DNA from: Eledone cirrhosa
Taxonomy: Eukaryota
DNA length: 64,000 bases
Assembly: GCA_964016885.1 (NCBI GenBank)
Contig: OZ024740.1
Span: 293,012,001 to 293,076,000 of the forward strand
Direction of reading: 5' to 3'
Below, one piece after another: positions 25,007 to 38,480 of the stretch (the stretch's first letter is position 1; the number at the start of each line of letters is the position of its first letter). The notes under the pieces were generated by a model. It saw only the letters and a list, made by a program, of their open reading frames with translations, was not told the origin of the DNA and made no database searches. The translations under genes and the position numbers were made by a program.

Positions 25007-28000
25007 CTGCTGTTGTAATGACAATAAAGGTAATGAAGGTTTAACAAATCGTCCTTGTATTATTATATTACACTCTGTCTAGCTCTACACCTCGCCACTG
25101 ACGTGAACCTAAACATCGAATGCTCCCCTGGGTGAACCAAAGTAACTTCACGTTACACTCCCTGGATATATGTGTGTGTTCGTACGTGTGTTTGTTTGTG
25201 CGTGTGTTTATGTGTGTGAATGTGTGTGTGCGTATGTATAATTTTGTACGTGTACTTGTGTGTGTGTGTGTGTATGTGTATACCTGTACATGTGTGTATG
25301 CTTGCGTGTGTATGTATGTATGATCGTGTACTTGTGTATGTGTGTGTGTGTGTGTTTGTGTGTGTATGTGTCAGTTTGTGTTTATATGTATCATTTGTCG
25401 ATGTAAACATAGTGGAGAAATTCGATATGCTGTCGTTAAGATGAAAACAATTTCTGGTAATTGTATTACTTGTTTCATGGCAGTTGCGCAGACTGTCACA
25501 TGTCATGTTTGCCGTCCAAAACCAGTCCATTGGTGGATTGAAAACCGATATATAACATCGCTATTGCTGACAATATGTACTATAAACAACATAAACAACA
25601 ACGTTGTTTCAAACGAAAAAAATTCATTCATGTAGGTTTTAACTTATTGTGGTAAATGTCATCCACGACGGATAAACATTGTGTCTTGTATTTTCTCCGG
25701 GTACTGAGATAGCTGTGACATGATCACAGCTTAAAATATTCATAGTGAGACTCCTGTGTGTTTATTCTAGATAAACGTATCATATAGGCCTTCATATACA
25801 CGTCTATTATGATCCACACTATGTTGGGGTTACGGCTAAATAAACAACCTTTCTATTTACTTAAATACAATGTGTCGATGGACAATAAAATAGGTGGCCA
25901 ATTTGTAGTTCTTAGTTCTTGATATGAACAATCAACTTTACTTTATCCCATTTACACAAGAAGGTGGGCACCCAAGGAGAGACCTGGTAAGTAGGTTGTC
26001 ATGGAAACCCCACGCCAAGTTTGACACAAAAATAAAAAAATAAGCCATACTCGAAAGATAAATACAACGATAGATTAAATGTATAATTAGAAATGTGACT
26101 GTTTTGTTTGCTTGTATTAGATACGTAAACAAGTCCATTATTGTTCCAGCTAGTCTATCCACCTTCGAAAACTACTCTAAAAATACATACACTTACACTA
26201 TATAGATATATAGAACAAACGCAGGCAATAATAGAATGCCCTATGTGTAAACGATGCGCTCGGAAAACAAAGCAAACAATAAACAAAGCATAACTCGCTC
26301 TAAATATGAGTATGGGGGAGATGGACCTTTTCAAGCTGCCGCCGTCAAATTACACAGGTTTTGTATAAGAATATACATCTAATATCCATTATAGAAAGAG
26401 TAAATGATTCGTTATTTTCTTTTCGTGTATATTTTGCTTACACGTCCTTCCTTCAAGTACTTGTTACATTTTTTCAGACTACGTAATATATTCCATTTTA
26501 ATTCTCGTAATAGATTGCTTCGCGAGTAATCTATTTTTCTTATAGTTTCTGCTTTTAAATGAATTAATGTTTCTTGGTTTGACACAGTTCTTTAGTGAGA
26601 ATACATTCCAGCACTTGCTGCGCATGCAGACGAATGTGACAAGATAAGATTACTCATTACCTTGGATGAAAAAATGATATTTTAAATTATGGAGTTCGTT
26701 GTTTGTCTTATAAATTTTACTTTTATTCATGAATAATTTCTGTAGCGATCAATAAATTGTCTGCTGTTAAACGATAGTGTCTCCATTGATCACGAGGATC
26801 ATTTAGCTTTCCTTATGGTACAATGGATGTAAAATGACCAGCTAGCAGAATAATTTACGTAGGAGATACATACACAGAGATCATGAGCTACCTTGGAGTA
26901 TAATACCTTTAGTGCAGCAACAATTCCCTCTTCTTTCAAAGGAAACGTCTTGTCTTATTTAAATACAAAATTAAACTAAGAATTTCCAAAAAATGAGATT
27001 CAAATCTAATTGCATTATCAAACCTTTCATTAATTGAATATACAGCTGTTTTTCCTCCACGTTAAACATCATCAATGTTTTTATAGTTAATGTTTTCGTC
27101 GTTAGAACCATGTTTTGATAATTATATATTTCTCAATAATTTAATAAAGAAACTCAAAAATATTTTAAATTTTAGTATTTTTAAATGTATTGTATTTTTA
27201 AATCTGAAATGTTCCGATTAATATTCAACCTTCAGTAAATACATCTTTCAGTAGCTCACTCTGACGGAAAAGTAGCACGTGGTTGATTGTGTGATTAATT
27301 AATGTATTAAATTCTCCCGAAGCCATCAACTTTCGATTGATATTGGATGTCTCTCGTTACTACGATACAAGATGTTAAATATGAAAAACGAAATATGAAG
27401 AGCAAACTGATGACAAACGCACCGCTTAATACAGACAAAAGGCGCTTCAGCATTCAACAATTTCTGGAATCCAGTTTTGGTGTCCAACATGGAAGAACTA
27501 TAATTGCTTGCAAAACCAATGACATACTGTAAAATCTACATTGTATGAAAGAGATATCGTCTGCTTCATCAAGTCTGTCGTAGGTTTAAGCAGCAAATAG
27601 AAGTGATGAGAAACGATTAGAACTAACCGACTAATTGACAAAGAATAAGCTGCTTATACACCGTGAATTTAGAATCTATGAAGGTAAAAGGAAAGGTATC
27701 GGTTAACGTAGTTCACTTATTATTCATTCATTGTTGTTGTTGGTGGTGATGGTGTTGTTATTGTTGTTGTTCTTGTTATCGTGTAACCTAAGATTAACCC
27801 ATATCGAGACCTATGATTAAAGACATTCCAACCGCGCTAACCCCGTCTTTTTATGTATAACATGAACTACAATATCTAATTTTTCATCATTATTTTTTAA
27901 ATGATAGGGTACGATTTAGAGGAGATCTAGCTGCTAATATTAATACATCGAGCGATCTGTGAAGGGTTACAACATTTATTATTTCATAGATGAGAGCAGT

Positions 28001-28129
28001 GGTGAAGGTGGAAGCAGGAGAGATGAAATAACGAAAGAAAGATTAGCAAATAATGAAGAAATAATAAGGAAAGAAATGGAGGAAACTAAGAATAACCAAG
28101 GTTTATGCTCAGTGTCTCTGTGTGTTTCT

Positions 28130-28280
<151 letters not shown>

Positions 28281-31200
28281 ATAACCTTTACACTATTTAC
28301 TATTTACCACATTTCGTCAATATTCTTGTTTCTATTTTTTTGTTGTTTAGCCCAAGGCAAGCACACCTATTATGAAAACCATTCCAGTCATGATCCTGCC
28401 GTATTTTCTCAGGTAAATATTTTCTATCCAAAGATGCCATGCTGTGAATGGAAGGAGATTAGCCGACTATTTTTAGCAGATCAGTGATAGGGTAGAGAAA
28501 TATTCCCTTGATTGAATTTTTGAAAGGTAATCTTAGATAAACGAAGTTTCTCAACTTACACCATTGCACATGTGGGGCCCTACAATATTTGTATTGAGTA
28601 TTCAGAATGAACCCCCACCCCCACATCCAGCACCATCACAAGCTAAAATTCTTTGAAGGTTAACTTAGTTTGTGACAAAATAAGGATTTTGTTTCGTATT
28701 ACTTATTATGTTTTTTGTACATTGTCACAGGGCCAAAACATTTGGGGAAAGAATAAATAAGGTTGATTACAACAATGACAGTACTTTACAGGTAATTTAT
28801 TTTATCGTCCAAGGAAGAACGAAAGGCAGTTTTCACTTTGCTCGTGTCTGAACTGAAATAGATGGAAGAACTGTTGAGACAAATCTGACATTTATACATT
28901 CTTCCAACGACAAAGTAAATTAAGGTGATTCTAACTAAAGGTTTGTACCCGAATCCATAAGACGATTTACTAACAAAATAATGCTGTCACAAGAATACGT
29001 AGTATTAAGTAGTTATTTGACCTGGTATTAATAGCAGTTAAATCTCATTCAAATCACACCGTACCTTCTTCAAAATGGAAAGATCTGTTAGAGAATGTAT
29101 TCATAGATATGCAATGCCCAAGAAAGATGTTTTCGACAAGAGCGTCCTTTGACTATAGATCTGCCCAGTTAAAGCTGCACTTGAGCTAAATAACAACAGA
29201 AACAATAGAAACAACAGCCTCCTAATTTACTTGTTAAATTCAATGATTCATATATAGTACTTCTCTCTTTCTCTCTCTCCCTCTTTATCTTCTCGTAACT
29301 TCCGAGGGAACCGCAGGGGCCTCGTATTGATATACAGCATTACTAGAGCATTCTAAAACAAAGCGGAGCCCATTTCTCTCCTGGTCTGAATATAGCAGAT
29401 TTCTACCAGAGAGAGATAGAAAGTGAGTGAGAGAATGGAAGTGAGAAAGGGATATAATTGACCCTAGTACTGGACTGGTCCTTATTTTATCAACCTCGAA
29501 TGGATGAAAGGTAAAGTTGACCTCAAGACGAAATAAATACCACAAAACATTCTATCCGACGTTCTAACAACTCTGCCAATTTGCCGCCTTTCTATATAGT
29601 ATACATTCTAGTATAATAATGATGTAGTAAGAAGGAAGGCTACAACAATGTGCTACTTGGAAGCATAACCCTGCCCATTGATGATTTACTTCCATTCTAA
29701 AGTGTGGTTATGTATATTGTTCCACATTGATAGCTATGAAGTTATTGAGAGTAGAGTGACATAGAATATCAGTGACTGAATTTATACCAATATCATTTCA
29801 TCCAGTCGACCCTATTGACTCGAGGAGTTCCGGATCTTCCCCTGCTTGATAATGATGATTTCTAATATTGACACATTGCTGCATTTATTAAGGAAAGAAC
29901 AATTGAATTAGATCGGGACTGGTGCTTATTTTGTTGATCCCAGGCAGATTAAGACCAATATAGACCTGATCACGCTGTTTGTCACACTCATGGCTCTCCT
30001 CTGCCAAAAAAATAATGTTCGTTTGGTTTTTACATGGTCACAATGGTATATACTTTATAGAGAAGTAAATTCAGTTTAATCTATTCCATTACATAAATAA
30101 TGCGTATTCTATATAGGCCTTTGAATGATCAAAGGCAAACTGAACTTAGGCATTATTTGAACACAGAACAAAAAAGAAATTCAGTAAAAGGCTTTAAGTA
30201 GTTTAGCCGGTTCTCCATCTTTTCTGCATCTCCACTTTTATCACTTACTGAATACTTATGAACTATATAATGACCCTATGTTTACTATGACACTTTATTT
30301 GCTTCGATGAAGTAATTAATCCATAATTAGAATTAATTAAGATGAACTCAAAATGAACCAAACACCTTTGTTTTCCTTTCTTTATGTTTTGTAAGGTGTC
30401 TCATGTTCATTTTGACAGCTCTTAAAGACGACTTCAGTATAGTCTTGAAAGATGTTATTAACTGTATTAATTAAACGACTTTGTGGAAGAGAGAAGAAAA
30501 GAGATACTAAAAGCAATCATAAAAGTTAGTTTAAAACGTGCTAAAGACCAAATGAAATAAAACAGTGAAAACGACACTCGAGAATGTATTACATGTCATG
30601 GTGTAAATGTTACATTGAAAGAAACATCAAATAGACGCTAATGCTTTCAAAATAAGCTAAAGACAGACAAACGTCATTACGAAAAGTAACAAGGGGATAC
30701 TGAATAAAATATTGAAAGATGCACAAGCCAACATAATGAATGTGACACTAGGTAATATTTTAAAGAAAGCCTAACAGATAGAATAGATGGCATATTGAGA
30801 ATAAGATACACGAATATTAACTCGAGAGATTAATAGTCGATACTTAAAAAGAAGGATTTGAGAACGACAGTAAATGATCTGAGCAAAGGAACTAAATATA
30901 TGCAATCAATAAAAGAATAAGGAAATACTCTACTTATTACCACTTTTCTTTCTTTAGAAGAGAAACCATGGAAACAATTTGAATGTAAATATTCAACAGC
31001 AACGAATTTTGTAGATACTACAGAGTCCGCTAATTGTCGGGGATTTTGAAACTATTGATTGTAAAGTTTATCAATAAATACTATTCTCTGCGCAATACTT
31101 AAAATCTATCATTAATCTGTTACGAAAAGAAGAAAGTTCTTCATTTCGACAATAATTCATTCGAAAATAGATGACGGAGAAGAACAATAATCTACTGGGA

Positions 31201-31847
31201 AAAGATTACAGAATGCGTATTGATTTTTAGATAGATACAAGGCACAACATTTATAACGAACAAGAAAACGAAATTATATGGCATTCTTGTCATTCTCAAG
31301 AGTGAAATGAAATTACATCGATCATGAATATAATCTTAAGGTTTTTACCATTATGTGGCACCATTATCGAGAACATTTATTTAACGTTAGAAGCATCAAT
31401 CTTTTGTGGATATCGTACTTCCCAGTGTGGTATGCATTCTAACTTTAAAGATACAATTATTTAGCATTTCTTATGCATTACTTTAATTAATTAAGAGGAA
31501 CATAATTTCCAAAACTATGAAATAATGATTTAGTGCCTAATCCATACTTAATCTATTTAAGGTTAGAAGATGCTATTATTTGGGCCTGGTTATTCTTAAC
31601 CACCTATAGCAATTCATGGATATTTTGTGATTTTATTGAACAACTCATTGATCAAACTTACTCCTCATTAACTAGTAGCCTAGTCAGAATAATGTAACTT
31701 TCAAATTGTGTGCTAAAAAGTGGTTAGATATTGTGCGATGAGATTTTACTAAATACAAGAGTTTGTACCCGTTCTCTACATAAATGTTAACCTCAACAGT
31801 CTTTATCTCCTCAACAATTAACATACGTAACGTTCTGTTCTTATAGG

Positions 31848-32326
31848 AAACAGATTTTGGATACCCTGCAGGACAAAAAACAAAACCTGACAAAGGGCGG
31901 AAGAACTCATAAGAGTCAATGGCCATCCAAAAGTGTGTAAATATGTATATACACATGTACATATGTATGTATAAGCGCGGGACATAGAAATAGTCGGGCT
32001 GGACACCCGATCGCGTGGTTAATCCACTGGGAGTGAAGGACTCCTAGCCTTTGTCAAGGCATTCTTCTAGGAGAAGGCAACTCAGGAAACTGGAATAACT
32101 CCGATATAAAACCTGCAGCTCAGTAGTTACCGATGATGTTGATCTTTTCTTCTTTTCGGGTTATAGCTACTGTCACTCAGAGTGGGATTGGCTCAGTGCA
32201 CAGTTTTTCCTCACTTTAAAAAATATCTTCACGCACAGGCATTGCACGATAGAATTAATTAATAATTATTTATAATGTTATATCGTGCAATGGCCATACT
32301 CGATAACGAGGGGGCAGCCATCATGT
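31848..32326 (+). mobile_element. Non-autonomous RTE-derived element
   Basis: Shares blocks with 61545-61745 and 62133-62365; ends ctcgataacgag...gcagccatc(ATGT)n. Confidence 0.7.
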
Positions 32327-33286
32327 ATGCATATGTATGTATATGTATGTATATGTATGTGTGTATGTATGTATGTTAATAGCTAAATTTGAATATGAAC
32401 ATTAAATGTTATACCTTTTTAAACCAATTTGAGATTGAAACAGATCAACTAGTCTGGAGAATTGATTTACCTGTCTGTTACTTGTGACTTTGTTTGTTCT
32501 TTACCATTTCAGATTGATATTTACAAAGATACGTATGTAATATTTATCATATTCAAAGTTTAGCTTCTAATTTATGATTCATTCTTACTCTTAGACTTAA
32601 TCATCGCTATTTCACCTTTTACGGAATGTGCTACTGTAGGATTGAAAGTAAACACGTCTTCCTGAACGAAAGGTGTATGTTTTATATATATTTTCTTTCA
32701 ATACAAAGGATAGATGTATCTAATATCTTTAGATAATTGTTAAACTCCTTCATTATTCTTGACAAATGATGGATGAATCTAATATCTTTCAACAATCGTA
32801 CAAACTTATCACTTGGAAAGAAGATAACGCAGCATAAACTCGATTAACTAAGAATAAAATTGGATGCGATGAGTACGAATGTCAGATTTGAGCACAATTC
32901 TACTGCGTTTCAATATGATTTCGTTACATTGGATGTTTTATTTACCAGGAATTATTTTCTTTCATGTCATCATTGAATTCTTTCGTTCCTACGTAATTTC
33001 ATTTTCTAGGTGGGTGGAAGAACTCGTTGGTATATAAGAGAAAAATCAAGACAAATGCAATAGATGGAAGGAAGGAATTTGATTCAACAGGAATATGCTA
33101 GATGATGACGATATCAAAGAAATATTCAACAGATACGTAAAAAGAATAAGGAAGTTAAACGGCGCGTTGATTAACTGCGAAGAAATCACATAAGTGAAAA
33201 ATATCGGGCAGAAAACGAGGAAGAACTTCGAGAAAAGAATCGAGCAGTACAAGAAATACAAACGAAGTGCTATTAATTAATTAACC

Positions 33287-33473
33287 GCCGGTGGATTGGC
33301 AGTATCCGTAGAGGGTCGGACGCCATGCTTTCCAGCACAGTTACGTCCCTTTACGATCTGAGTTCAAATCCCGCCGAGGATAACTTTGCCTTTCATCCTT
33401 ACGGGGTCGATAAAATAAAGTACCAGTAATGTACTGGCTAATTGCTGGCCTTGTGCCAATAGTAGAAACAATT
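33287..33473 (+). mobile_element. tRNA-derived SINE
   Basis: Full-length copy of the young family. Confidence 0.92.
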
Positions 33474-33486
33474 AATTAATTAACCA

Positions 33487-33660
33487 GTTGGCAGTATCGG
33501 TAGAGGGTCGGACGCCATGCTTTGACGCATAGAGTTACGGCCCTTGCCATTCTGAGTTCAAATCCCGCCGAGGTTAACTTTGCTTTCATCCTTACGGGGT
33601 CGATAAAATAAAGTAATGTACTGGGTAATTGCTGGCCTTGTGCCAATAGTAGAAACAATT
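33487..33660 (+). mobile_element. tRNA-derived SINE (tandem second copy)
   Basis: Same family with distinct diagnostic bases and a small internal deletion. Confidence 0.92.
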
Positions 33661-33674
33661 AATTAATTAACCAG

Positions 33675-33990
33675 ATAAGATGTGACGTTCCTTTGTTGAA
33701 CAAGATACAATCGAATACCAGGACCCACATCTAAACCAGTCGACTTTGACATTTTTAGAAAGCAATGGGTGTTTCTTAATTGGATCTGTACAACACATAC
33801 CATGACAGTCCATCATCTCCATCCATGGAAAATGAAAGACAGCCCAGCATGTAACTGTGGGGATCCTGACCTGACAGTGCTGCATGTTGTTCGGGACCCC
33901 CCCCCCCCCCACACACACACACACCAGACGTATTTCCGGTGGCCTGGAGGCAGTCCATAATACAACAAATGATGCCATAGTCTGGCTCAC

Positions 33991-33995
<5 letters not shown>
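33675..33995 (+). mobile_element. Ingi/Vingi-like LINE C-terminal fragment
   Basis: RKQWVFLNWICTTH...HLHPWKMKDSPACNCGDPDLTVLHVV...RRISGGLEAVH...AIVWLTNL fits the WxxLNRxRTG...SPxCxCG...QTxxH...GGLxxLH...AxxWL pattern. Confidence 0.7.
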
Positions 33996-34059
<64 letters not shown>

Positions 34060-34374
34060 TAACCACTGTACATATATCATACGACAAGTGAGATGACGCC
34101 ATAGTCTGGCTCATCAATCTCGACCCCCCCCCTCTATCTCTAACCATTGAACACGTGTCAGACAAGAAGTTGAACACCACTATAAACATACATACATATA
34201 AACATGCATACATGCGTAAATACATACATACATTTCACTTCAGACGAGGCCCAGGCATAAGGTGTTACTATTGTTCTACATGGTTTCATCCTTGTTTAAT
34301 GGTGACAATAGAGCTTTATAGAAAAAAGGCATCGTAAGTTATTCAATAAAATAGGCCACTAACAAAAGGCAGAC

Positions 34375-34675
34375 TAACATGCAAGAGAAACAACAAAGAA
34401 CTCCCTTGCATCGGCTACCTCCGGTCACGAATGACCGTGGTTTTGCATTTGGGAAGTTCACCTTCGAGACACAAGCCTGGGCAAGGTTTGTTTGTGAAAG
34501 ATCAGCAGTCGTCCTATGCATACCGGTTACCCCTCTCAACGCCACCAATGTTGTCCAAGGGAAAGGCTATGACCGATACAACTTGGCACCAGTGATGTCA
34601 CAACTCATTTCTTCAGCTCAGCTGAATAAACACAACACACCACCTGGTTCGGGATTCGAACTCACAACCTTCACC
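34375..34675 (-). mobile_element. Older SINE-like repeat
   Basis: Reverse B-box gggattcgaactc at ~34651-34663; GC-richer body. Confidence 0.45.
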
Positions 34676-34788
34676 CTTTTGCGTACAATGTAGTTATCAG
34701 TTATATCTTGTTCTGATGAAAAAGTTGGGCAAAACCAGCATCTTTAAATTATATTAACCCGCCTTAGAATATTTTTAGTTAAACTTAC

Positions 34789-34975
34789 AGTGGTGGATTG
34801 GAAGTATCGATAAAGAGTCGCATGCCATGCTTTCCAGCATAGTTATGTCCCTTTACGGACTGAGTTCAAATCCCGCCGAAGTTAACTTTGCCTTTCATCC
34901 TTTCGGGGTCGATAAAATAAAGTACCAGTAATGTACTGGGTAATTGTTGGCCTTGTGTCAAAAGTAGAAACAATT
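34789..34975 (+). mobile_element. tRNA-derived SINE
   Basis: Same young family. Confidence 0.9.
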
Positions 34976-35930
34976 ATATTTATACTATAATTTATTTGAA
35001 TCCTAATTTCTCAAAAACCCAACCGCGTCTAGTTAGAGAGTTTAACATGGTAAAACAATGTCATGAACCTATTTAAATTCATGCATCAAAATAAAGTAGC
35101 TTTTTATAAAGACTGTAATTATTCGGCTTATACATATAGACATTCATGCTGCCGATTGACTTGAGGGGCTGAATCCTGTATTCTCTGAGGCTTAATAGAA
35201 TATACAAAATTATATAAACAAATATGTAATTTCACGAGAAGTCTCACGTGTGAAGTTAGAAGAGGAAAAGGATGAAAAACAGACCACTTTTACGATGGTC
35301 TTCAAATAATAATTCAAATATATAAGTATTATATATTTATGTATGTAAAGTATCAGTAATGTACTGGGTAATTGCTGGCCTTATGCCAAAAGTAGAACCA
35401 ATTATATATCTATGTATGTACCTATGTATATATAAGTGAGAAGTTATCAGAAACGCTGGGTGACCACAAATTGTTGTTTTATAAGGCGTACTGTTTGTCA
35501 TTCTGATTACAAATTGGTACTTTAGAAGGTATACTGTTTGTCATTCATTGCACATAATTTTTTCTTCTTCTCTAGATTTAAATCATTGGATTCTGGCCTG
35601 CAACGGTTTTAATCGATGATACTGTCCACAGTATAATTCAGTATGGTTCTTATTATATCGATCCCTGTTTATCTAAACAGCTACGTTAATTTATAAATGC
35701 ATGCATAAATACACATACAGACACACAAACACACACACAAACACACATACACACACACTCACACCCACCCACACACACCCACACCCACAAGCACACACAC
35801 ACACATACACACAAGTACACACACACACAAGCACACACACACAATTACGCACACACACATATATAAAATAGATATGTACCTTCTCTAATAATGCATTGAG
35901 TACTTCATTAACCCCTTCGGAAAACCATAC

Positions 35931-35984
<54 letters not shown>

Positions 35985-36264
35985 TAGGTAACAGATTATT
36001 GTTATAGGTAGTCCACTTAAGTGTTATGGTACTCCGAGTAGTGGATGATATCAACGCTTTTACATGTCAATTTTAAACATCTGTCTCATGTAAGCTAGTT
36101 TTACACTCTAAAATCGTAGATATACTATATTTCTCACCTAGATTGATGTGATTATTTCAAATAATTTATTGCTAGCATTGTTAGTATTGTTGTTATTGTT
36201 CTGATTGAATGCCGTTACTACTATATATAGTAGCCATGCCTCTATATTCCTTTCATTTTCACAA

Positions 36265-36370
36265 GCTCCGATGAATTGACTGGTTACAACTATGTATTGG
36301 TGATCGAATGACGTGAAAACAAGCCGATAGCGATCTCTAGACCTACCAGTTCAGAGAAACAATTGTCAGC
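36265..36370 (+). ncRNA. Hammerhead motif, CCGAUGA core, long stem II
   Basis: gct-CCGATGA-attgACTGGT...ACCAGTtcaga-GAAAC AATT GTC-agc. A half copy gaaacaattgtcag lies at ~36687. Confidence 0.65.
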
Positions 36371-36420
36371 AATGAGATTAAAAACCTATTTTGTATAGCA
36401 AACCGTGTCACTCTTCTTTC

Positions 36421-36517
<97 letters not shown>

Positions 36518-36753
36518 ATAATAATAAATAATAAACTTTAATCTGTTATTTTAATAAATATATATATATATATATATATATATGGGATAACAAGTTATCG
36601 TTATAGGTAATTCAGTTAGAGATCGTATTGGAGATTTAATAACGCAATCTCAAGCCATTAGCGAACTCTAGACTCACCTGATCAACGAAACAATTGTCAG
36701 TACTTTAAATAAAGCCCTTATTGTACAGCCAACCATGTTATTCTTCATACTTT

Positions 36754-37047
36754 ATAAATACAGATATAAATACATATATATAGTCTAACAAAGTTCTTTC
36801 GTTGCACATCTGCAACATCATCAGTTGTACTATTATGTTTCCTCCATATTAGTAAATATTAATAATGGAGCTTGCCTGATAATTTTAACATTCCCTTTTT
36901 TCAAATCTTCTTTTGTTGAATCACGTTTATGACAAATAAAATGCAACAAATCTCTTAAAAACTTAATAATACCACCGATGATGTTGCAGATGTGCAACGA
37001 AAGAACTTTGTTAGACTATATGTATATGTATTTATATCTGTATTTTT
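36754..37047. mobile_element. Fold-back Penelope-type pLTR pair with hammerhead-like cores
   Basis: About 80-bp inverted arms, each with C(T/C)GATGA-tGTTGCA gatg TGCAAC-GAAAG. The spacer recurs inverted at 37490-37625. Cleavage triplet unclear. Confidence 0.7.
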
Positions 37048-37282
37048 TACCGTTGGTCAGTCAGTGATAAACATTGATGGCCAAATGAATTAACTATGGA
37101 GATATAAAAGACACAGAGGCGAAAACCAACCAACCAGTGTTCTATTATTATTTCTGGCAATATTATTACAACAATATGACCCTCCCCAAGTATAACAATA
37201 TTTGTTTCGACACACAATTTCATATAAAAAACCTCGCAAAACAAATATATATATATATATTTAAACATATATATATATATAT

Positions 37283-37476
37283 AACGAAGGAGTTGTGGTA
37301 AGGAACCAGATGGACCATAACGCACCAGAGTACTCAATACTTAGGGTAGTGGAGTGGGTAATAGGAAAAAGTATGACCCCGACGCCAGAGCTCAAGCCGT
37401 TTTGACGGCTATTTCTGGACTACCAGAAATAGCCGTCGAAACGGCGTGAGCTCTGCCGTCGGGGTCATACTTTTTC
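37283..37476. mobile_element. Fold-back Penelope-type 3' end; 112-bp near-perfect palindrome 37365-37476
   Basis: Arms around ttctgg-acta-ccagaa; hammerhead 3' half GAAACGGC gtgagctct GCCGTC ggggtc. Related to 60416-60608. Confidence 0.85.
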
Positions 37477-38444
37477 ATATATATATATTATTATTAAGAA
37501 TGGTTTTGAAGAGATTTGTTGCATTTTATTTGTCATAAACATGATTCAACAAAAGAAGATGTGAAAAAAGGGAGTGTTAAAATTATCAAGCAAGTTCCAT
37601 TATTAATATTTACTAATATGGAGGAGTCTATGGATTGACTTGAGGGGCTGAATCTTGAATTCCCTGAGGCTTAATAAAATATACAAAATTATATTAGATA
37701 ATATGTAATTTCACCAGAACGCTCAAGTGTGAACTGGGAAGAGGAAAACAAATGAAAAACAAGACTACTTTTATGACGGTCTTCAAATTACATTATATCT
37801 GTACTGAATTAAAATACATGTGATAAAACAGAAAATGATAAGACCAATTTTCTGTTTCCTATTTATAACATGTAATCCATGTGCAACCATGCAGTATTCT
37901 TCTCCCCATATTTTTCATATATTTACCTAAACTGCGATTCTGTGTTTCTCTCTTTCTCTCTTACTGCTCCCTCGTTCTCTCTGTTTCTCTTACTTTCTTT
38001 CGTCCCCTCTGTCATGTCAGTTAACACTTTCTCTCTACTGACCTCTTCCTCGCACTTCCACTCACCCACTCTCTGTTTCTCCCCCTCTCACCTCCTCCCG
38101 TTCGCTACGAACCCGATTTTCCTTCTTTCTAACATCGGATTCACTAGCGAAAGGTCTGTTTCTAACTCGCTCATATATTCACACAGCTTATGCTGACAGA
38201 ATAACCATGTTGCTTGTGTTTCTTTCCATCTTCGGTTAGCTTTCCCCTGTGTTGTTTACTTGTCTCACTCGCTTTACGCGTTTCAATTGTCCTAATAACT
38301 TATTTTAGTTATTATCGCACCAAGGTGAGGTATATGATTTTTAATGCGATGAAATACCAATGATCGTTGGCAAATCACTGATGTGGGACTCATTTTATAA
38401 CATGTAATCCATGTGCAACCATGCAGTATTCTTCTCCCCATATT

Positions 38445-38476
<32 letters not shown>

Positions 38477-38480
<4 letters not shown>

